Positions 1-10,370 of a stretch of 64,000 nucleotides of DNA are shown one piece after another (within the stretch, counting starts at the first letter, position 1; every line of letters begins with the position of its first letter). Source of the stretch: a virus. The stretch covers positions 65,011 to 129,010 of the IMG/VR virus record IMGVR_UViG_3300005856_000023; one strand, 5' to 3'. Position numbers and translations under genes: made by a program. The notes beneath the pieces were generated by a model. That model had not been told where the DNA came from, ran no database searches, and saw nothing but the letters and a program-made list of their open reading frames with translations.

Positions 1-10
1 TGTTATTTAT

Positions 11-718
11 ATGGTTAGCTGGCTTATTGGTGTTGGAGACATAGGAGATGAAACAGATTTTGCAAAAATCAGGCAATACGGATTTGTTTATGTTTTTAAA
101 TTGGGTTCAGGTAATAATCCAGTAGCAACAGAAATAAAAAACAATCTAAACGAGGTTTTATTCAAAACATTTCAGAGAATAACATTACCGGAATGGCCGC
201 AACAATTTGCTACACAAGATGTATATACACTTAGAATAGAACAACCAGTTATAACTGGTATTGGTGAGCAATTTACTGTTGAATATTTATCTGTTTTCAA
301 AAAAGTAGGAGCGGATACAGCATACAATTTTGTAGTTAATAGTTTGCTAAAATGGAAGTATTATTTGGATACATCTATTGAGAAAGGTTGGATGCCACAT
401 ACAATAGATCCCAGAGAGCGAACTGCTGTAATAGGATATGTTTTATTATCTCCTGATCTGAGTGAGATATGGGGCGGAGAAATATTCGGTGGATGTAATT
501 TAACTGAAATTGATACAGGACATAGATATACGGCGGGACAAGTAGAGTTAGCTGTAGCAAGAGCTACATTTGAATTCACTGAGAGAATTCCATTATTAAC
601 TGCGATAAGAGGACAATTAAGAGACACTCTATTTAATCCTGATATAGATTATTTAGCAGATATCCAAAGAGTTATTGAGAAAGCAAAGTCTATATTCACA
701 TTTGCAGATCAGGGATAG
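11..718 (+). CDS. Putative virion structural protein (tail-tube-like)
   Basis: 235-aa beta-rich ORF; the ITLP...FTVEY...ATFEF pattern is reminiscent of myovirus tail tube proteins. Followed by a T-tract. Family call is tentative. Confidence 0.4.
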   Translation: MVSWLIGVGDIGDETDFAKIRQYGFVYVFKLGSGNNPVATEIKNNLNEVLFKTFQRITLPEWPQQFATQDVYTLRIEQPVITGIGEQFTVEYLSVFKKVGADTAYNFVVNSLLKWKYYLDTSIEKGWMPHTIDPRERTAVIGYVLLSPDLSEIWGGEIFGGCNLTEIDTGHRYTAGQVELAVARATFEFTERIPLLTAIRGQLRDTLFNPDIDYLADIQRVIEKAKSIFTFADQG

Positions 719-728
719 TTTTTTTGCC

Positions 729-750
729 AAAAAAAGCCCCGCGAGGGGGG
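729..750 (-). terminator. Intrinsic terminator
   Basis: Minus strand reads CCCC-TCGC-GGGG-C-TTTTTTT just after the stop of 752..1054. Confidence 0.7.
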
Positions 751-751
751 A

Positions 752-1054
752 TCAAGCTTTTTTGTGCTTAGCAATCAATTCACTCAATGTAAAACCATGT
801 TGCGTGGGCTCTTGCTTGGCTTGCTTGAGTTCTTCCTTGGAGTCTTCCTTCTTGGAACCTTCTTGTTTGGAACCTTGACCAGGAATTGTTAAGATGATGA
901 TTTCTCCAACAAGCTCTAGAATCAGCTTTCTTCCCCTGGGTGGTCTTGGCGAAAATACAAACGTCTGCCCTGGATAAAGCCTACGCAATTCATCGATAAT
1001 TTGCTTTGCTCTTTCCTTGCTAACTTTGTTGGCAAAGGTAATAAAGTATACCAT
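752..1054 (-). CDS. Hypothetical protein
   Basis: 100-aa ORF with strong SD (AAGGAGGTG) and an upstream CTAAATTT motif. Confidence 0.75.
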   Translation of the reverse strand: MVYFITFANKVSKERAKQIIDELRRLYPGQTFVFSPRPPRGRKLILELVGEIIILTIPGQGSKQEGSKKEDSKEELKQAKQEPTQHGFTLSELIAKHKKA

Positions 1055-1173
1055 GTTACACCTCCTTAAAAGTTTTTCTTGTATATAAATTTAGGCAGTT
1101 TTTTAACACATTCTTAAAGTGGATTATAAGCAAAAATTTCATGAATGAACTACAACATATAATAAACTACATT
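1052..1173. repeat. ~120-bp promoter/RBS cassette, copy 1 of 3
   Basis: Near-identical to 14388..14499 and 18061..18180. Confidence 0.9.
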
Positions 1174-1554
1174 AACGAAGCAAAACAAGACCTCGGTAAA
1201 ACAAAAAAGATTATTGAACAACTACAAAATCGTATAGAGCAAATTCTCAACAAAGAGAAACTATCTACATTTGATTTACATCAACTTAGAATATTTAGTG
1301 AATTGCTTGATAGCATAAACAATAGAGAAAACAACATAAACAATGCTATCATAAAGAAGATTGAAGTATTGGTTAAATACTCAGAGCAACTTGGCATATC
1401 TGCTTCCAGCTTGGATTTGAATGAATTGTTAAAAACAGAAAAGATTAATTTGTTTGTTGATAAGGATATAACAGATCCTAAAACTTTTACTGAAGAGAGA
1501 ATAAAGAACACAATCTTTGTGAATGATGATAATGAGGAAAATTTTACTGGCTAG
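1141..1554 (+). CDS. Hypothetical coiled-coil protein
   Basis: 137-aa ORF; AGCA-N8-ATG upstream. Confidence 0.7.
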   Translation: MNELQHIINYINEAKQDLGKTKKIIEQLQNRIEQILNKEKLSTFDLHQLRIFSELLDSINNRENNINNAIIKKIEVLVKYSEQLGISASSLDLNELLKTEKINLFVDKDITDPKTFTEERIKNTIFVNDDNEENFTG

Positions 1555-1577
1555 CAACATGACTAAAATTATAGATT

Positions 1578-2795
1578 ATGGATTTGTTAAACAGCTTTGT
1601 AAACAATTGGAATACGAAAATATTTTATGCTCACAATATGAGTTCATTTGACAAGTATGTTCCTGAGAATGTATTCAAAGAATTGGGAATTGGTTATCTC
1701 ATATCATTGGGAACATATCTATCAAGTAAAGTGGATTTAAACACCTTCATAACAATTATTAAAAATCTTGAGAAATTACCGTATGCAGCTATTTATATTG
1801 ACAGTGGCGGATTTCAGTACATAAAAGGTAAACTAACAAAAAAAGATATTGATAGCCATATTAAAGTTTATTTTGAGTTAATTGACTATATAGATGCTCA
1901 ATACAAGCAACAAAACATATCCAAACCAATCTTCATATTCAGCTTGGATATTCCTGCATGCAGAGCTAACAATACAGATGATGTTGTAGATGAACAAACA
2001 AGTATTAGCGCATCATATGATGTCTACTCAGAAATTGCTAGAAGATTTAAGGAATATGAAACTCAAAGACAATTTATAATAACCGTATTACATTTTTCAC
2101 CAAGTATAGTCTATCAAAATTGGAAGCAAATATATCAACTTCCAAATTTGAATATGGCTCAGTATGTAGCAACTGGATCATCATGGTGGATGCACAAAAA
2201 GCCAATTTCAGTCGGAGCATATAATGTCTTACATTACTGTTTATTAAGAGCAAACGGATTTAAAAACATAAAATTATACCATATACTAGGAACAAAAAGC
2301 TTGGATAGGTTATATCCTTCTTATGATGTGCTAACAATGTATAACATAAGTATAACACATGATACAACACCATATACTTATTACAGACCATTACTAGTTC
2401 CCATCTACAATAAAAAGACGAATAGATATAATGTAACAAAATTGGATATACGTAGCAATAAACTACAGTTAATCAAAATTGTCGATGAATTGCTCGGAGA
2501 TAATGTTGCAAAATGGGTTGAAAGTATGTTTGATGAGTTAAATGATTTGAGCAATGTCAAGCATATAACCAAAACAAAAAACATAAAAGTAAGTAAAATG
2601 ATGTATGTATCTTTGCTTGATATTTTATCAACGTTATTGATAAACAAGGTTATTGATAAGATTGATAGAAGCATATACACAGAATTTAAAATCAACAGAG
2701 ATTATCAATTTAAATTATTGGAGTTAGCAGATCAGGACCCAGAGAAATTAGAACAATTATTATTGCCATATCTGGATAAGTTTATTGAGGATTAG
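1578..2795 (+). CDS. dpdA: TGT-fold transglycosylase, probable DpdA-like 7-deazaguanine DNA insertase
   Basis: IYIDSGGFQ, SLDIP and HILG motifs of the TGT/DpdA family; queC and queE are in the same window. Confidence 0.65.
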   Translation: MDLLNSFVNNWNTKIFYAHNMSSFDKYVPENVFKELGIGYLISLGTYLSSKVDLNTFITIIKNLEKLPYAAIYIDSGGFQYIKGKLTKKDIDSHIKVYFELIDYIDAQYKQQNISKPIFIFSLDIPACRANNTDDVVDEQTSISASYDVYSEIARRFKEYETQRQFIITVLHFSPSIVYQNWKQIYQLPNLNMAQYVATGSSWWMHKKPISVGAYNVLHYCLLRANGFKNIKLYHILGTKSLDRLYPSYDVLTMYNISITHDTTPYTYYRPLLVPIYNKKTNRYNVTKLDIRSNKLQLIKIVDELLGDNVAKWVESMFDELNDLSNVKHITKTKNIKVSKMMYVSLLDILSTLLINKVIDKIDRSIYTEFKINRDYQFKLLELADQDPEKLEQLLLPYLDKFIED

Positions 2796-2943
2796 TTTTT
2801 TTACTTTAAGATCAAAATAAAATCTGTCTAAATTTATATTAATGAGAGTAAGGCTTAAAGTTCGCAAAGGTAAATGCTCGAAGTAATCGGTTTGATCACT
2901 ATTTTGACTATTTATATTTCTTATTTTTTTGCAAAAAACTAGC

Positions 2944-4311
2944 TTACGTTGCTATAACATATCCTGCTAGTGAATCATACAATATGTTAACATTTAAACC
3001 TCCATGTGGAACAAATAAATGTTTTGTTACATCAAACTTATCATTTTTGCTATCAAGATAGAATAAGACAACTGTATCACCATCAGCATCTGCATTGTAT
3101 CCTTCCCATACCAGTTGATTCATTTGTATTGCAAATCCATCGTATGCTCCAGCTATTTTGAATTGCATTGTAGAAGGCAAATGTAATACAGGTTGTCTCA
3201 TAAGCAATACATAAACATCTTCTTTGTTTATTATCTCATCAATTATTTTTTTGATTGTTTCATCTACCTTTAAAGTTTGGTAGACATAATCAATTCTTTC
3301 AGTTATATTACTTTGTTTCTGCTCAATTAGTTTGGATATGATTTTGTCCTCTAGCAACATGAAAGCACAAATATAAGGAACAACTACTTCATTTGGTTTG
3401 ATAGCAGGATTTCCAACCAAAACAGCCCTAGTGCTTAAATCAATTCTTCTACCTAGCGTTTTACCTCTAATTGGACCTGTTTTCTTTTTTATGAAGGATG
3501 ATATTATTTTATGCTCTATTTTGTATAGTTTATGTAACATATTACCATATATAAAGTATTTTGTAGATGTTTCATCTATATCAAGTTTCTTGTTTGCAGA
3601 TAAGAGATCAAGATAATCTCTGTTGATCTCATGCAAATTTAAAACGGTTAGATTTTTACCAAATGCAATATTAATATCTCTGACTCCAGCAGGTAATACA
3701 TTAATATATTCCACAAAAGCATTGTCAAAGCTAACATTGTTTCTGATGGCTTGTACTAGTTGTATGTTATCATTCAGTTTATTATAAATGAGCGATGAAA
3801 CTTGTTCATATAAATCCAAATCCTGATCCAAATATAAACCTTTCTCCAAAGCAATTGAACCAAATTTATCAATCATTGTTTGTATGGACGCATTATATAT
3901 CTTAGCAAGTAAATGAAGCCATATACCAAAAGGAGATAAAACCTTCTTCTCAATATACAAACCAAGTGATTTATCCTGTATACCATTATTCTCATCATAA
4001 GCATACATTCCAAATAAACTTTCATACCTATGAAGTATTAACAATATTAATGGATGTGGAACAGGAACATTCAATTTAATTTTACCGATTGTGTATGCTC
4101 TCATGTATGCAGGTTTAGATTCAACATTGCAAACAGGACAAATATATTTTGGTGGGCGAATTATATTGCAAGCACAAGTATAATCATATACTGGACCAAA
4201 TATAGTCTCACTAAATATACCTAATGGATGAAATCTCCACGTTAATCCATAATTTTCTGGCTTAATATTTGATCCCTCAAATATAAGTGGTTCTGTGATA
4301 AATAAACTCAT
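2944..4311 (-). CDS. rpoC: RNA polymerase beta' N-terminal part (set 1) with catalytic loop
   Basis: IFGPxxDYxCxC...CxxC zinc finger, GRRIDLSTRAV, RQPVLH and NADADGD catalytic motif. ORF track starts at 4329; the ATG at 4311 follows the CTAAA motif. Confidence 0.9.
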   Translation of the reverse strand: MSLFITEPLIFEGSNIKPENYGLTWRFHPLGIFSETIFGPVYDYTCACNIIRPPKYICPVCNVESKPAYMRAYTIGKIKLNVPVPHPLILLILHRYESLFGMYAYDENNGIQDKSLGLYIEKKVLSPFGIWLHLLAKIYNASIQTMIDKFGSIALEKGLYLDQDLDLYEQVSSLIYNKLNDNIQLVQAIRNNVSFDNAFVEYINVLPAGVRDINIAFGKNLTVLNLHEINRDYLDLLSANKKLDIDETSTKYFIYGNMLHKLYKIEHKIISSFIKKKTGPIRGKTLGRRIDLSTRAVLVGNPAIKPNEVVVPYICAFMLLEDKIISKLIEQKQSNITERIDYVYQTLKVDETIKKIIDEIINKEDVYVLLMRQPVLHLPSTMQFKIAGAYDGFAIQMNQLVWEGYNADADGDTVVLFYLDSKNDKFDVTKHLFVPHGGLNVNILYDSLAGYVIAT

Positions 4312-4443
4312 AACAAAAAAATTTAGCATACGTGCAAATAACTACTATCTCAGTAGCAGACTATATAATAACAATTTTTGTTTAGTTTTTGATCATAGTT
4401 TTTGTTTATATAAGTATACAAAAAAATTTAGATGATTTGTTCG

Positions 4444-5010
4444 TTATCTCAAGAGCAAATTATATATCACCGTAAATATAAGTTCTTTCTCTATTCTATT
4501 CCATTGAGCTATCTCGTAAACCATATTTATCAAATCCTGATTTGCAAAATCTATGATTTTACGTTCTTTGTTATAGTGATCGTGAACATCAATACACACT
4601 CTATCTAACCCAATAAAACTAACCCCGATATTGCAGTTAAAATTGTAATTCCATATCAGAATATCATAAATACAATCTAATATAAGCTTGTTTTGTTTCT
4701 CGTGACGCCAGGTTTTGTTACTATCAAAATAACTTAAACCGAATTCTGTGGGATTGTAGTACAAACAATTATGATAATTTAAAAGAGCGATAATACTATT
4801 TACATTTTTTGGGAAATTATCTACAATCAATGACATAAGATGCAAACTGAAAGAATCTTTGAATTGATAATTATATTGCAATTTATACGCTGATTTATTA
4901 CTGGATGTTATGTAAGTGTTGTAAAATACGCCGAACTTATAAACTCGATTTTGAAAATTACCAACAGTAAAATATCTTAATTGATTTGTTCTTGTGTGAA
5001 TGAGTTTCAT
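4444..5010 (-). CDS. Hypothetical protein
   Basis: ORF 4444..5043 in the track; the ATG at 5010 has CTAAATTT at -14. Confidence 0.65.
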   Translation of the reverse strand: MKLIHTRTNQLRYFTVGNFQNRVYKFGVFYNTYITSSNKSAYKLQYNYQFKDSFSLHLMSLIVDNFPKNVNSIIALLNYHNCLYYNPTEFGLSYFDSNKTWRHEKQNKLILDCIYDILIWNYNFNCNIGVSFIGLDRVCIDVHDHYNKERKIIDFANQDLINMVYEIAQWNRIEKELIFTVIYNLLLR

Positions 5011-5312
5011 GCAAAAAAATTTAGATATGTTTTTTTTGCTCATAACAATAACATAAGATAAAGTAGCAACGACTGCGGCAAATGCTTTTCATTTGGACGA
5101 TTCTCTATCATAGGCGGAAGTGAGTTAAATTTATAATTTCGATGTAACAATTGAAATCAACACACGTAGCAAAAAATTAGACTATTTTTTGTTACTTAAT
5201 CAAAATACAAATAATCTCACTGATCAATAACATACTCGCTTTTCTTCTATCCAAACCAGATTGTTATTGCTATAGTAACGAACTTTTACTAATTTACTTA
5301 GACAGTTTTTGT

Positions 5313-7613
5313 TTATACGCTACAGCTTTCACATTCCTCTATCTCTGTTAAGCTTTTACTTCTGCAGTAATACACGGTTTTTAACCCAAGTTCCCAAGCA
5401 AGTTCATAAAGTCTTGAGAGCTTAGGTCCATCAATCTGCTCTGGGTCTATAAACAAGTTCAAAGATTGGGCTTGGTCTATCCATTTTTGCCTTTCGGCAG
5501 CAGCCCTTATTACCCACTCTTGGTCTATATTGTATGCAGACTTATAATGCCAGAAGTATTTGTCTATTTCTGGTGGAACTTGTGGGAGAATGCCAGACAT
5601 ATTTTCTTCCTTGTAGTATTTGGCAAAGATAGGATCAATGGACGGAGTGGCTCCTATTATCAGAGATGTGGAGCCTGTGGGCATCAAGGCAAGCAAGTAG
5701 GCATTTCTCAGTCCATATCTCTTGACATCCTCCGCAAGTCCTATCCAGTCTAAGTTATTGCCATTTTCTTCAGATATTTTTTGGTTTTCTTCTGGCTCTC
5801 TTCCAAAGAATATGCCTTTGCTCCAATCTGAACCTTCAAATAAAGGATAAGCTCCTCTTTCTTTTGCCAATTGCATAGAGCCTTTTATAGCATAGTAAGC
5901 TATCCTTTCAAACAAGGCATTGGCAAACCTGAGGTGTTCCTCTGACTCCCATTGGATGCCATTTTTGACCAGACAGTAGTGGTAGTTGCTTACTCCTATG
6001 CCTATGGCTCTGTAGCGTTTGTTGGTATATTCCGCTTCCTTTATGGCATAGTAGTTCATCTCTATCACATTGTCCAGCATCCTCACAAGGATAGGAACTA
6101 CCCTTTCCAAGTCCTCTTTTGTCCAAATCTTGCCAAGGTTTATAGAACCCAGATTACAAACCACCACATCTCCGGACTTTTTCACATGAGTTATAGTGCC
6201 ATCTTCTGCTACAGTTTCTGAAATATGCGTTGATACACTTTGATTTTGCACTATCTCGTGGCAAAGATTGGACGAGTAGATCATACCACAATGCTTGTTA
6301 GGGTTTAACCTGTTGGCGGTGTCCCTAAAGAATATGTAAGGCTCTCCCGTTTCAAAAATCACAGTAAGCAGTCTCTTCCATAGCTCAAAGGCATCCACTT
6401 CTTTTTTGGTGTTTGGCGGAAGTTCTCTCTCAAGCCTTTCATAAAGCTCTTCAAACTCTTGACCGTAGAAGTCCTCCAGGTTTTTGCCATCTTTTACATT
6501 CTTGCAGTAGTAGGGATCAAAGAGCGTCCACTTTTGTCTGTTTTTCAGTCTTTTCATAAACAGATCTGGTATGGATATGGCAGGATGTATGTCGTGAGCC
6601 TTCTTTCTCTCGTCTCCTACATTGGTTTTGACCTCCAGAAAGTCCAATACATCCTTATGCCATATGTCAAGGGTTATGGATGCGGAGCCTTTCCTCATGC
6701 CAAGCTGGTCCACATACACCATCACATCGTTGAGAATTTTAACCACAGGTAAAACACCAGAGCTTGCTCCTTTGAATTTCCTTATAGGAGAACCTGCAGC
6801 TCTAATTTTGCCAAGGTATATACCAAGACCTCCTGCAAACTTGGATATTTGTCCTGCCTTTTGCACATTGTCAAAGATATCATAAAGGTCATCATCTACT
6901 GTTAAAACAAAACAAGAAGAAAGTTGACTATGTGGTCTTCTTGCATTCATAAGTGTAGGAGTTGCCAGAGAGATTTCATGGTTTGATATAAGGTCATAAA
7001 AGAGTTTTGCATATTTTAGCCTTTCCTCCTTCTTTTCAGGAATAGCCAAAGTCATAGCAATAAGCATATACATCTCTTGTGGAAGCTCTATAACATTTCC
7101 ATTCTCATCCCTTACTAAATACCTATCGTAGAGTACTTTTATACCCGTATAGTTGAAAAGAAGGTCTCTGTCTGGATTTATGTAGCTGGCAAGAGTATCA
7201 AACTCTTCTTTGGAGTATTCCCTTAGCAAATACTCGCCGTATATACCTCTGTCTGTGTAGGTCTTCACAAGAGTGTAAAAGCTTTCTGTGTTGTAAGGCT
7301 TGTATTTACCATTTATCTTGTCTTTTATCTTGTAGCCTCTTATATACGCCACATCCTTATAAAGATCGTAAAGAAGAAGTCTTGCTGCCACATACTGCCA
7401 ATCTGGATTTTCTGGAGATACCTTTTCCGCGGCAGTTCTTATGAGCAGCTGCTGTATTTCTTTGGTGGTGATGTCCTCTCTGAATTGTATGCGAGCATCC
7501 ATCTCAAGCTCATAAGGATCAACTCTAAGCCCATTGCAAGCAAAATTGACAATAGATCTGATTTTATTAATTGATAATGGTTCTGTATAACCAGTTCGTT
7601 TTACAACTCTCAT
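5313..7613 (-). CDS. nrdA: Class I ribonucleotide reductase alpha subunit
   Basis: N-terminal ATP cone (VVKRTG), ATPT, SSCF, SNLCHEI, CNLGSIN, MPTGSTS, KTVYY and C-terminal CxxC. Confidence 0.97.
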   Translation of the reverse strand: MRVVKRTGYTEPLSINKIRSIVNFACNGLRVDPYELEMDARIQFREDITTKEIQQLLIRTAAEKVSPENPDWQYVAARLLLYDLYKDVAYIRGYKIKDKINGKYKPYNTESFYTLVKTYTDRGIYGEYLLREYSKEEFDTLASYINPDRDLLFNYTGIKVLYDRYLVRDENGNVIELPQEMYMLIAMTLAIPEKKEERLKYAKLFYDLISNHEISLATPTLMNARRPHSQLSSCFVLTVDDDLYDIFDNVQKAGQISKFAGGLGIYLGKIRAAGSPIRKFKGASSGVLPVVKILNDVMVYVDQLGMRKGSASITLDIWHKDVLDFLEVKTNVGDERKKAHDIHPAISIPDLFMKRLKNRQKWTLFDPYYCKNVKDGKNLEDFYGQEFEELYERLERELPPNTKKEVDAFELWKRLLTVIFETGEPYIFFRDTANRLNPNKHCGMIYSSNLCHEIVQNQSVSTHISETVAEDGTITHVKKSGDVVVCNLGSINLGKIWTKEDLERVVPILVRMLDNVIEMNYYAIKEAEYTNKRYRAIGIGVSNYHYCLVKNGIQWESEEHLRFANALFERIAYYAIKGSMQLAKERGAYPLFEGSDWSKGIFFGREPEENQKISEENGNNLDWIGLAEDVKRYGLRNAYLLALMPTGSTSLIIGATPSIDPIFAKYYKEENMSGILPQVPPEIDKYFWHYKSAYNIDQEWVIRAAAERQKWIDQAQSLNLFIDPEQIDGPKLSRLYELAWELGLKTVYYCRSKSLTEIEECESCSV

Positions 7614-7653
7614 TCTTAGTTTTGCTCAAAGCGTTCAGTAAGAACAAAAAAAG

Positions 7654-8592
7654 TTAAAGCTTTAAATTATAGCATTCTTTATATCCGATTATTTGTTCGA
7701 TAGCTTCAGCAAATTCTCTTATCTCAAATTGAGCGTGTTTATGTTTACGTAACTTTATAAAATTGTCTACAGATATTCTTGGAACTGTCCAGTAAAATCT
7801 TGTTTTCATAAATTGTGGCAAAACACCACGAGCTATCTCTTTAGCAACATCTAATTCTCTTAATAAATTGTAAGTAACTTTCATAGTTTTAACACTTGTT
7901 TGTAATAAGCTAACTAGCAAAGTATTTTGTTCATCGTCTAGATAATTATCATCTGAAGCTTGCTTATTGTTTTTTGATTGCAGTCTCAACTTTTCTGGAA
8001 TATAGAAATCCAAATCAACATCCGTATATCTTCTGCTGACTTCATTAAAAGAACCAAATCTATGTCTGAACCATTGTCTTGCAACAAACAATGGACATTC
8101 TACAATAAATGTATAGTGATCTAAGCATGTTCCAAGTTCTAGTTTGTCCAATAATTTTATCCAACCACTGCTTGTTGTTATAATTTGATCGTTTTGATCT
8201 TTATCTATTGTGTAATTATTTACATTACTTTTGTGTAAAACAAAGCTCATCGTAGTCGGTATTATTTGCTGGGCGTATTCAACTAACTTATAAGGCAATT
8301 GATCAATAAAATTAATTAATGTGCGAGCATTAAGCCATATATAACTTCCATCATAATAGATGTTAACAACAGGATAAGATATTTTTGATATGAGATTTAT
8401 ATATTCTTTTTTATTTGCTTTGAATGCAAATATAACATGTTCAAAAGGAGAAGCGTGCTTATTATCAAGCAAATATTTTATCAATTTTTTGTCTCTTTCA
8501 ACATCAATAACAGATGATAAATCTTTAGCAAATGATACTCTTGCAGCTTTAACAATACGTTGATCGCTACCCATTGAAAATAGTTGACTCAT
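7654..8592 (-). CDS. thyX: Flavin-dependent thymidylate synthase (long, tandem-domain type)
   Basis: AARVS, HASPFEH, RHRFGSFNEVSRRY and HAQFEIR motifs. Confidence 0.93.
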   Translation of the reverse strand: MSQLFSMGSDQRIVKAARVSFAKDLSSVIDVERDKKLIKYLLDNKHASPFEHVIFAFKANKKEYINLISKISYPVVNIYYDGSYIWLNARTLINFIDQLPYKLVEYAQQIIPTTMSFVLHKSNVNNYTIDKDQNDQIITTSSGWIKLLDKLELGTCLDHYTFIVECPLFVARQWFRHRFGSFNEVSRRYTDVDLDFYIPEKLRLQSKNNKQASDDNYLDDEQNTLLVSLLQTSVKTMKVTYNLLRELDVAKEIARGVLPQFMKTRFYWTVPRISVDNFIKLRKHKHAQFEIREFAEAIEQIIGYKECYNLKL

Positions 8593-8635
8593 TTGATCTT
8601 TTACGCTAATAAAAAAGCTCAAAAAATAAAAACTT

Positions 8636-10321
8636 TTATATTTTCAGCTGGCTTAATGTTAGCAATATATCTTTATCGTTTATTGTTCCTGCTATTTTAG
8701 CTAAATCCTCTAATAATTGTTCTTCTGTTTGGTGAACATTCTGAGCAACCTTTTGATAGATCAATAATTGACTGAATGCTGCTACTTCATTTACTGTTGT
8801 TTGTTCATTATCCTGATTAATATTTTCTAGCATACTATCATTCTTTATTGCATATAGAGCAATACAGTAAGCCATTAATAAGTCATCATGTTCAAGTTCA
8901 GATACAATTTTTCCTTTTCTCTTTTTAAGTGATAGTATTTGTATGGCTAGGTTTTTGCTTTTGATTGCATCTGGATTTTGATTAACAACATCATATAAAA
9001 TAGAGAACATTTTCTCTTTACTTTTTTGTGTAGTGTAGACACCCGGTTTTTGATCATTTAGATTATCTATATAAATTTTCTCTGCATATGTTTGCTGCAA
9101 AATTTCAATAATATGTGAGCCTAGATTCCTCTCTATAACCAATTTACAGTTACGAAACTGTTTAGCTATTTCTGATAATATTCTCAAAACAAATGTTACG
9201 TCTATGTTACTAGCTTGCCATTCAAATACTAAATCACCATTCTGTGGATCAACACCAACAATAGCATAGCTATCCTTACCATAAGCAGTGGCTATGTCAA
9301 CTCCAATATAAATTGGTTTTTGAAACATATACAATTCTATATCACTATACACATTTAAAGCAGTTATAACTTCTCCAAAATCATCTTTCAAAAAGTATGT
9401 TTTTTGTTTAATATTATTGTTAATCCTAACTAATTTGTTCAAAACCTCATCATCATCAATGAAACTATCGCTATCAGGTAAGAACATACATTCATAGTTT
9501 ATTAAAATCTGCCTGAGGTTTCTTGTTCTCTTATATTCCTCTTCAATGTGTTTGTTAGCTTGTTCGTCATCTAGTAAGTCTCTATAGTAGAATAGTATAG
9601 GAGTATATGCTGTTAGACCTTGTGTGCTATCATACCATAATTTGAATGCAAATCTAGCTTCATCATTAATCAAAGCAGCAGCATTAGACAATAATATTAA
9701 TGATGTTGGAAATATATTGCGCATCATACTACGTGTAGCAGCTAATCTTGTTGTTGCTAATTCCAACATTCTCCAATTATTCTTAATGTTAGCAAACTCA
9801 TCTATAATCAATATTTGAACAGTTAATTGTTTGAATAGATAGCTTGGATCTTTGTAGTGTTTATTGATACCACTAACTCTGAAAACTGAATTATTCTCAA
9901 ACAATATAACTTTGTTTTGAAACGGTTGTCTTTTGTACTCAACCTTTATAGCGGGAAACATATTATCAATGATACGCAAAACTCTGCTCTGGAAGTCCAT
10001 AGCCAATTCATCTTTTAACGATAGATAGTAGACGTGTATTCCTGGATATGCAACTAAAACATATGCTGTTAGTAAAGCAGCAGCTGTAGTTTTGCCAGCT
10101 ATCTGAGTTGAACCTAGTGCATATATATCATTAGATTGTAGTGCATTAGTTATTAACAATTTTTGAGGAACGTTTAATGTTATACGAACTTTTTTGTTAT
10201 CATCTGTTGGAGCAGGCATTAAAAACAAATTCTCTATGGTCTCAATAGGATGCTGCCTAATATATTGTAACAACAAATCTTTGTTTTGTATGTAGTTTTT
10301 TAATCCATCTATAAAATTCAT
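8636..10321 (-). CDS. Terminase large subunit
   Basis: Walker A-like QIAGKTT, Walker B ILIIDEF, RNase H nuclease YIGVDIA, VIERN and HDDLLMA. Confidence 0.9.
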   Translation of the reverse strand: MNFIDGLKNYIQNKDLLLQYIRQHPIETIENLFLMPAPTDDNKKVRITLNVPQKLLITNALQSNDIYALGSTQIAGKTTAAALLTAYVLVAYPGIHVYYLSLKDELAMDFQSRVLRIIDNMFPAIKVEYKRQPFQNKVILFENNSVFRVSGINKHYKDPSYLFKQLTVQILIIDEFANIKNNWRMLELATTRLAATRSMMRNIFPTSLILLSNAAALINDEARFAFKLWYDSTQGLTAYTPILFYYRDLLDDEQANKHIEEEYKRTRNLRQILINYECMFLPDSDSFIDDDEVLNKLVRINNNIKQKTYFLKDDFGEVITALNVYSDIELYMFQKPIYIGVDIATAYGKDSYAIVGVDPQNGDLVFEWQASNIDVTFVLRILSEIAKQFRNCKLVIERNLGSHIIEILQQTYAEKIYIDNLNDQKPGVYTTQKSKEKMFSILYDVVNQNPDAIKSKNLAIQILSLKKRKGKIVSELEHDDLLMAYCIALYAIKNDSMLENINQDNEQTTVNEVAAFSQLLIYQKVAQNVHQTEEQLLEDLAKIAGTINDKDILLTLSQLKI

Positions 10322-10370
10322 CAATTATGTGTGCTATGATATATTTTCCTTACTTCAAGCTGCTGTAAAA

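Noticed and set aside
2944-4311. Set-1 beta' N-terminal gene as the trans-splicing partner of the 30383 intein
   Set aside because: It continues uninterrupted through DGD-TVVLF and carries no Int-N, so it belongs to the other polymerase.
5466-6885. Short ORFs overlapping nrdA and other long genes (e.g. 44604..45107, 45747..46157, 61471..61848)
   Set aside because: They are antisense or alternative-frame shadows of well-supported genes, with no motifs or start signals.
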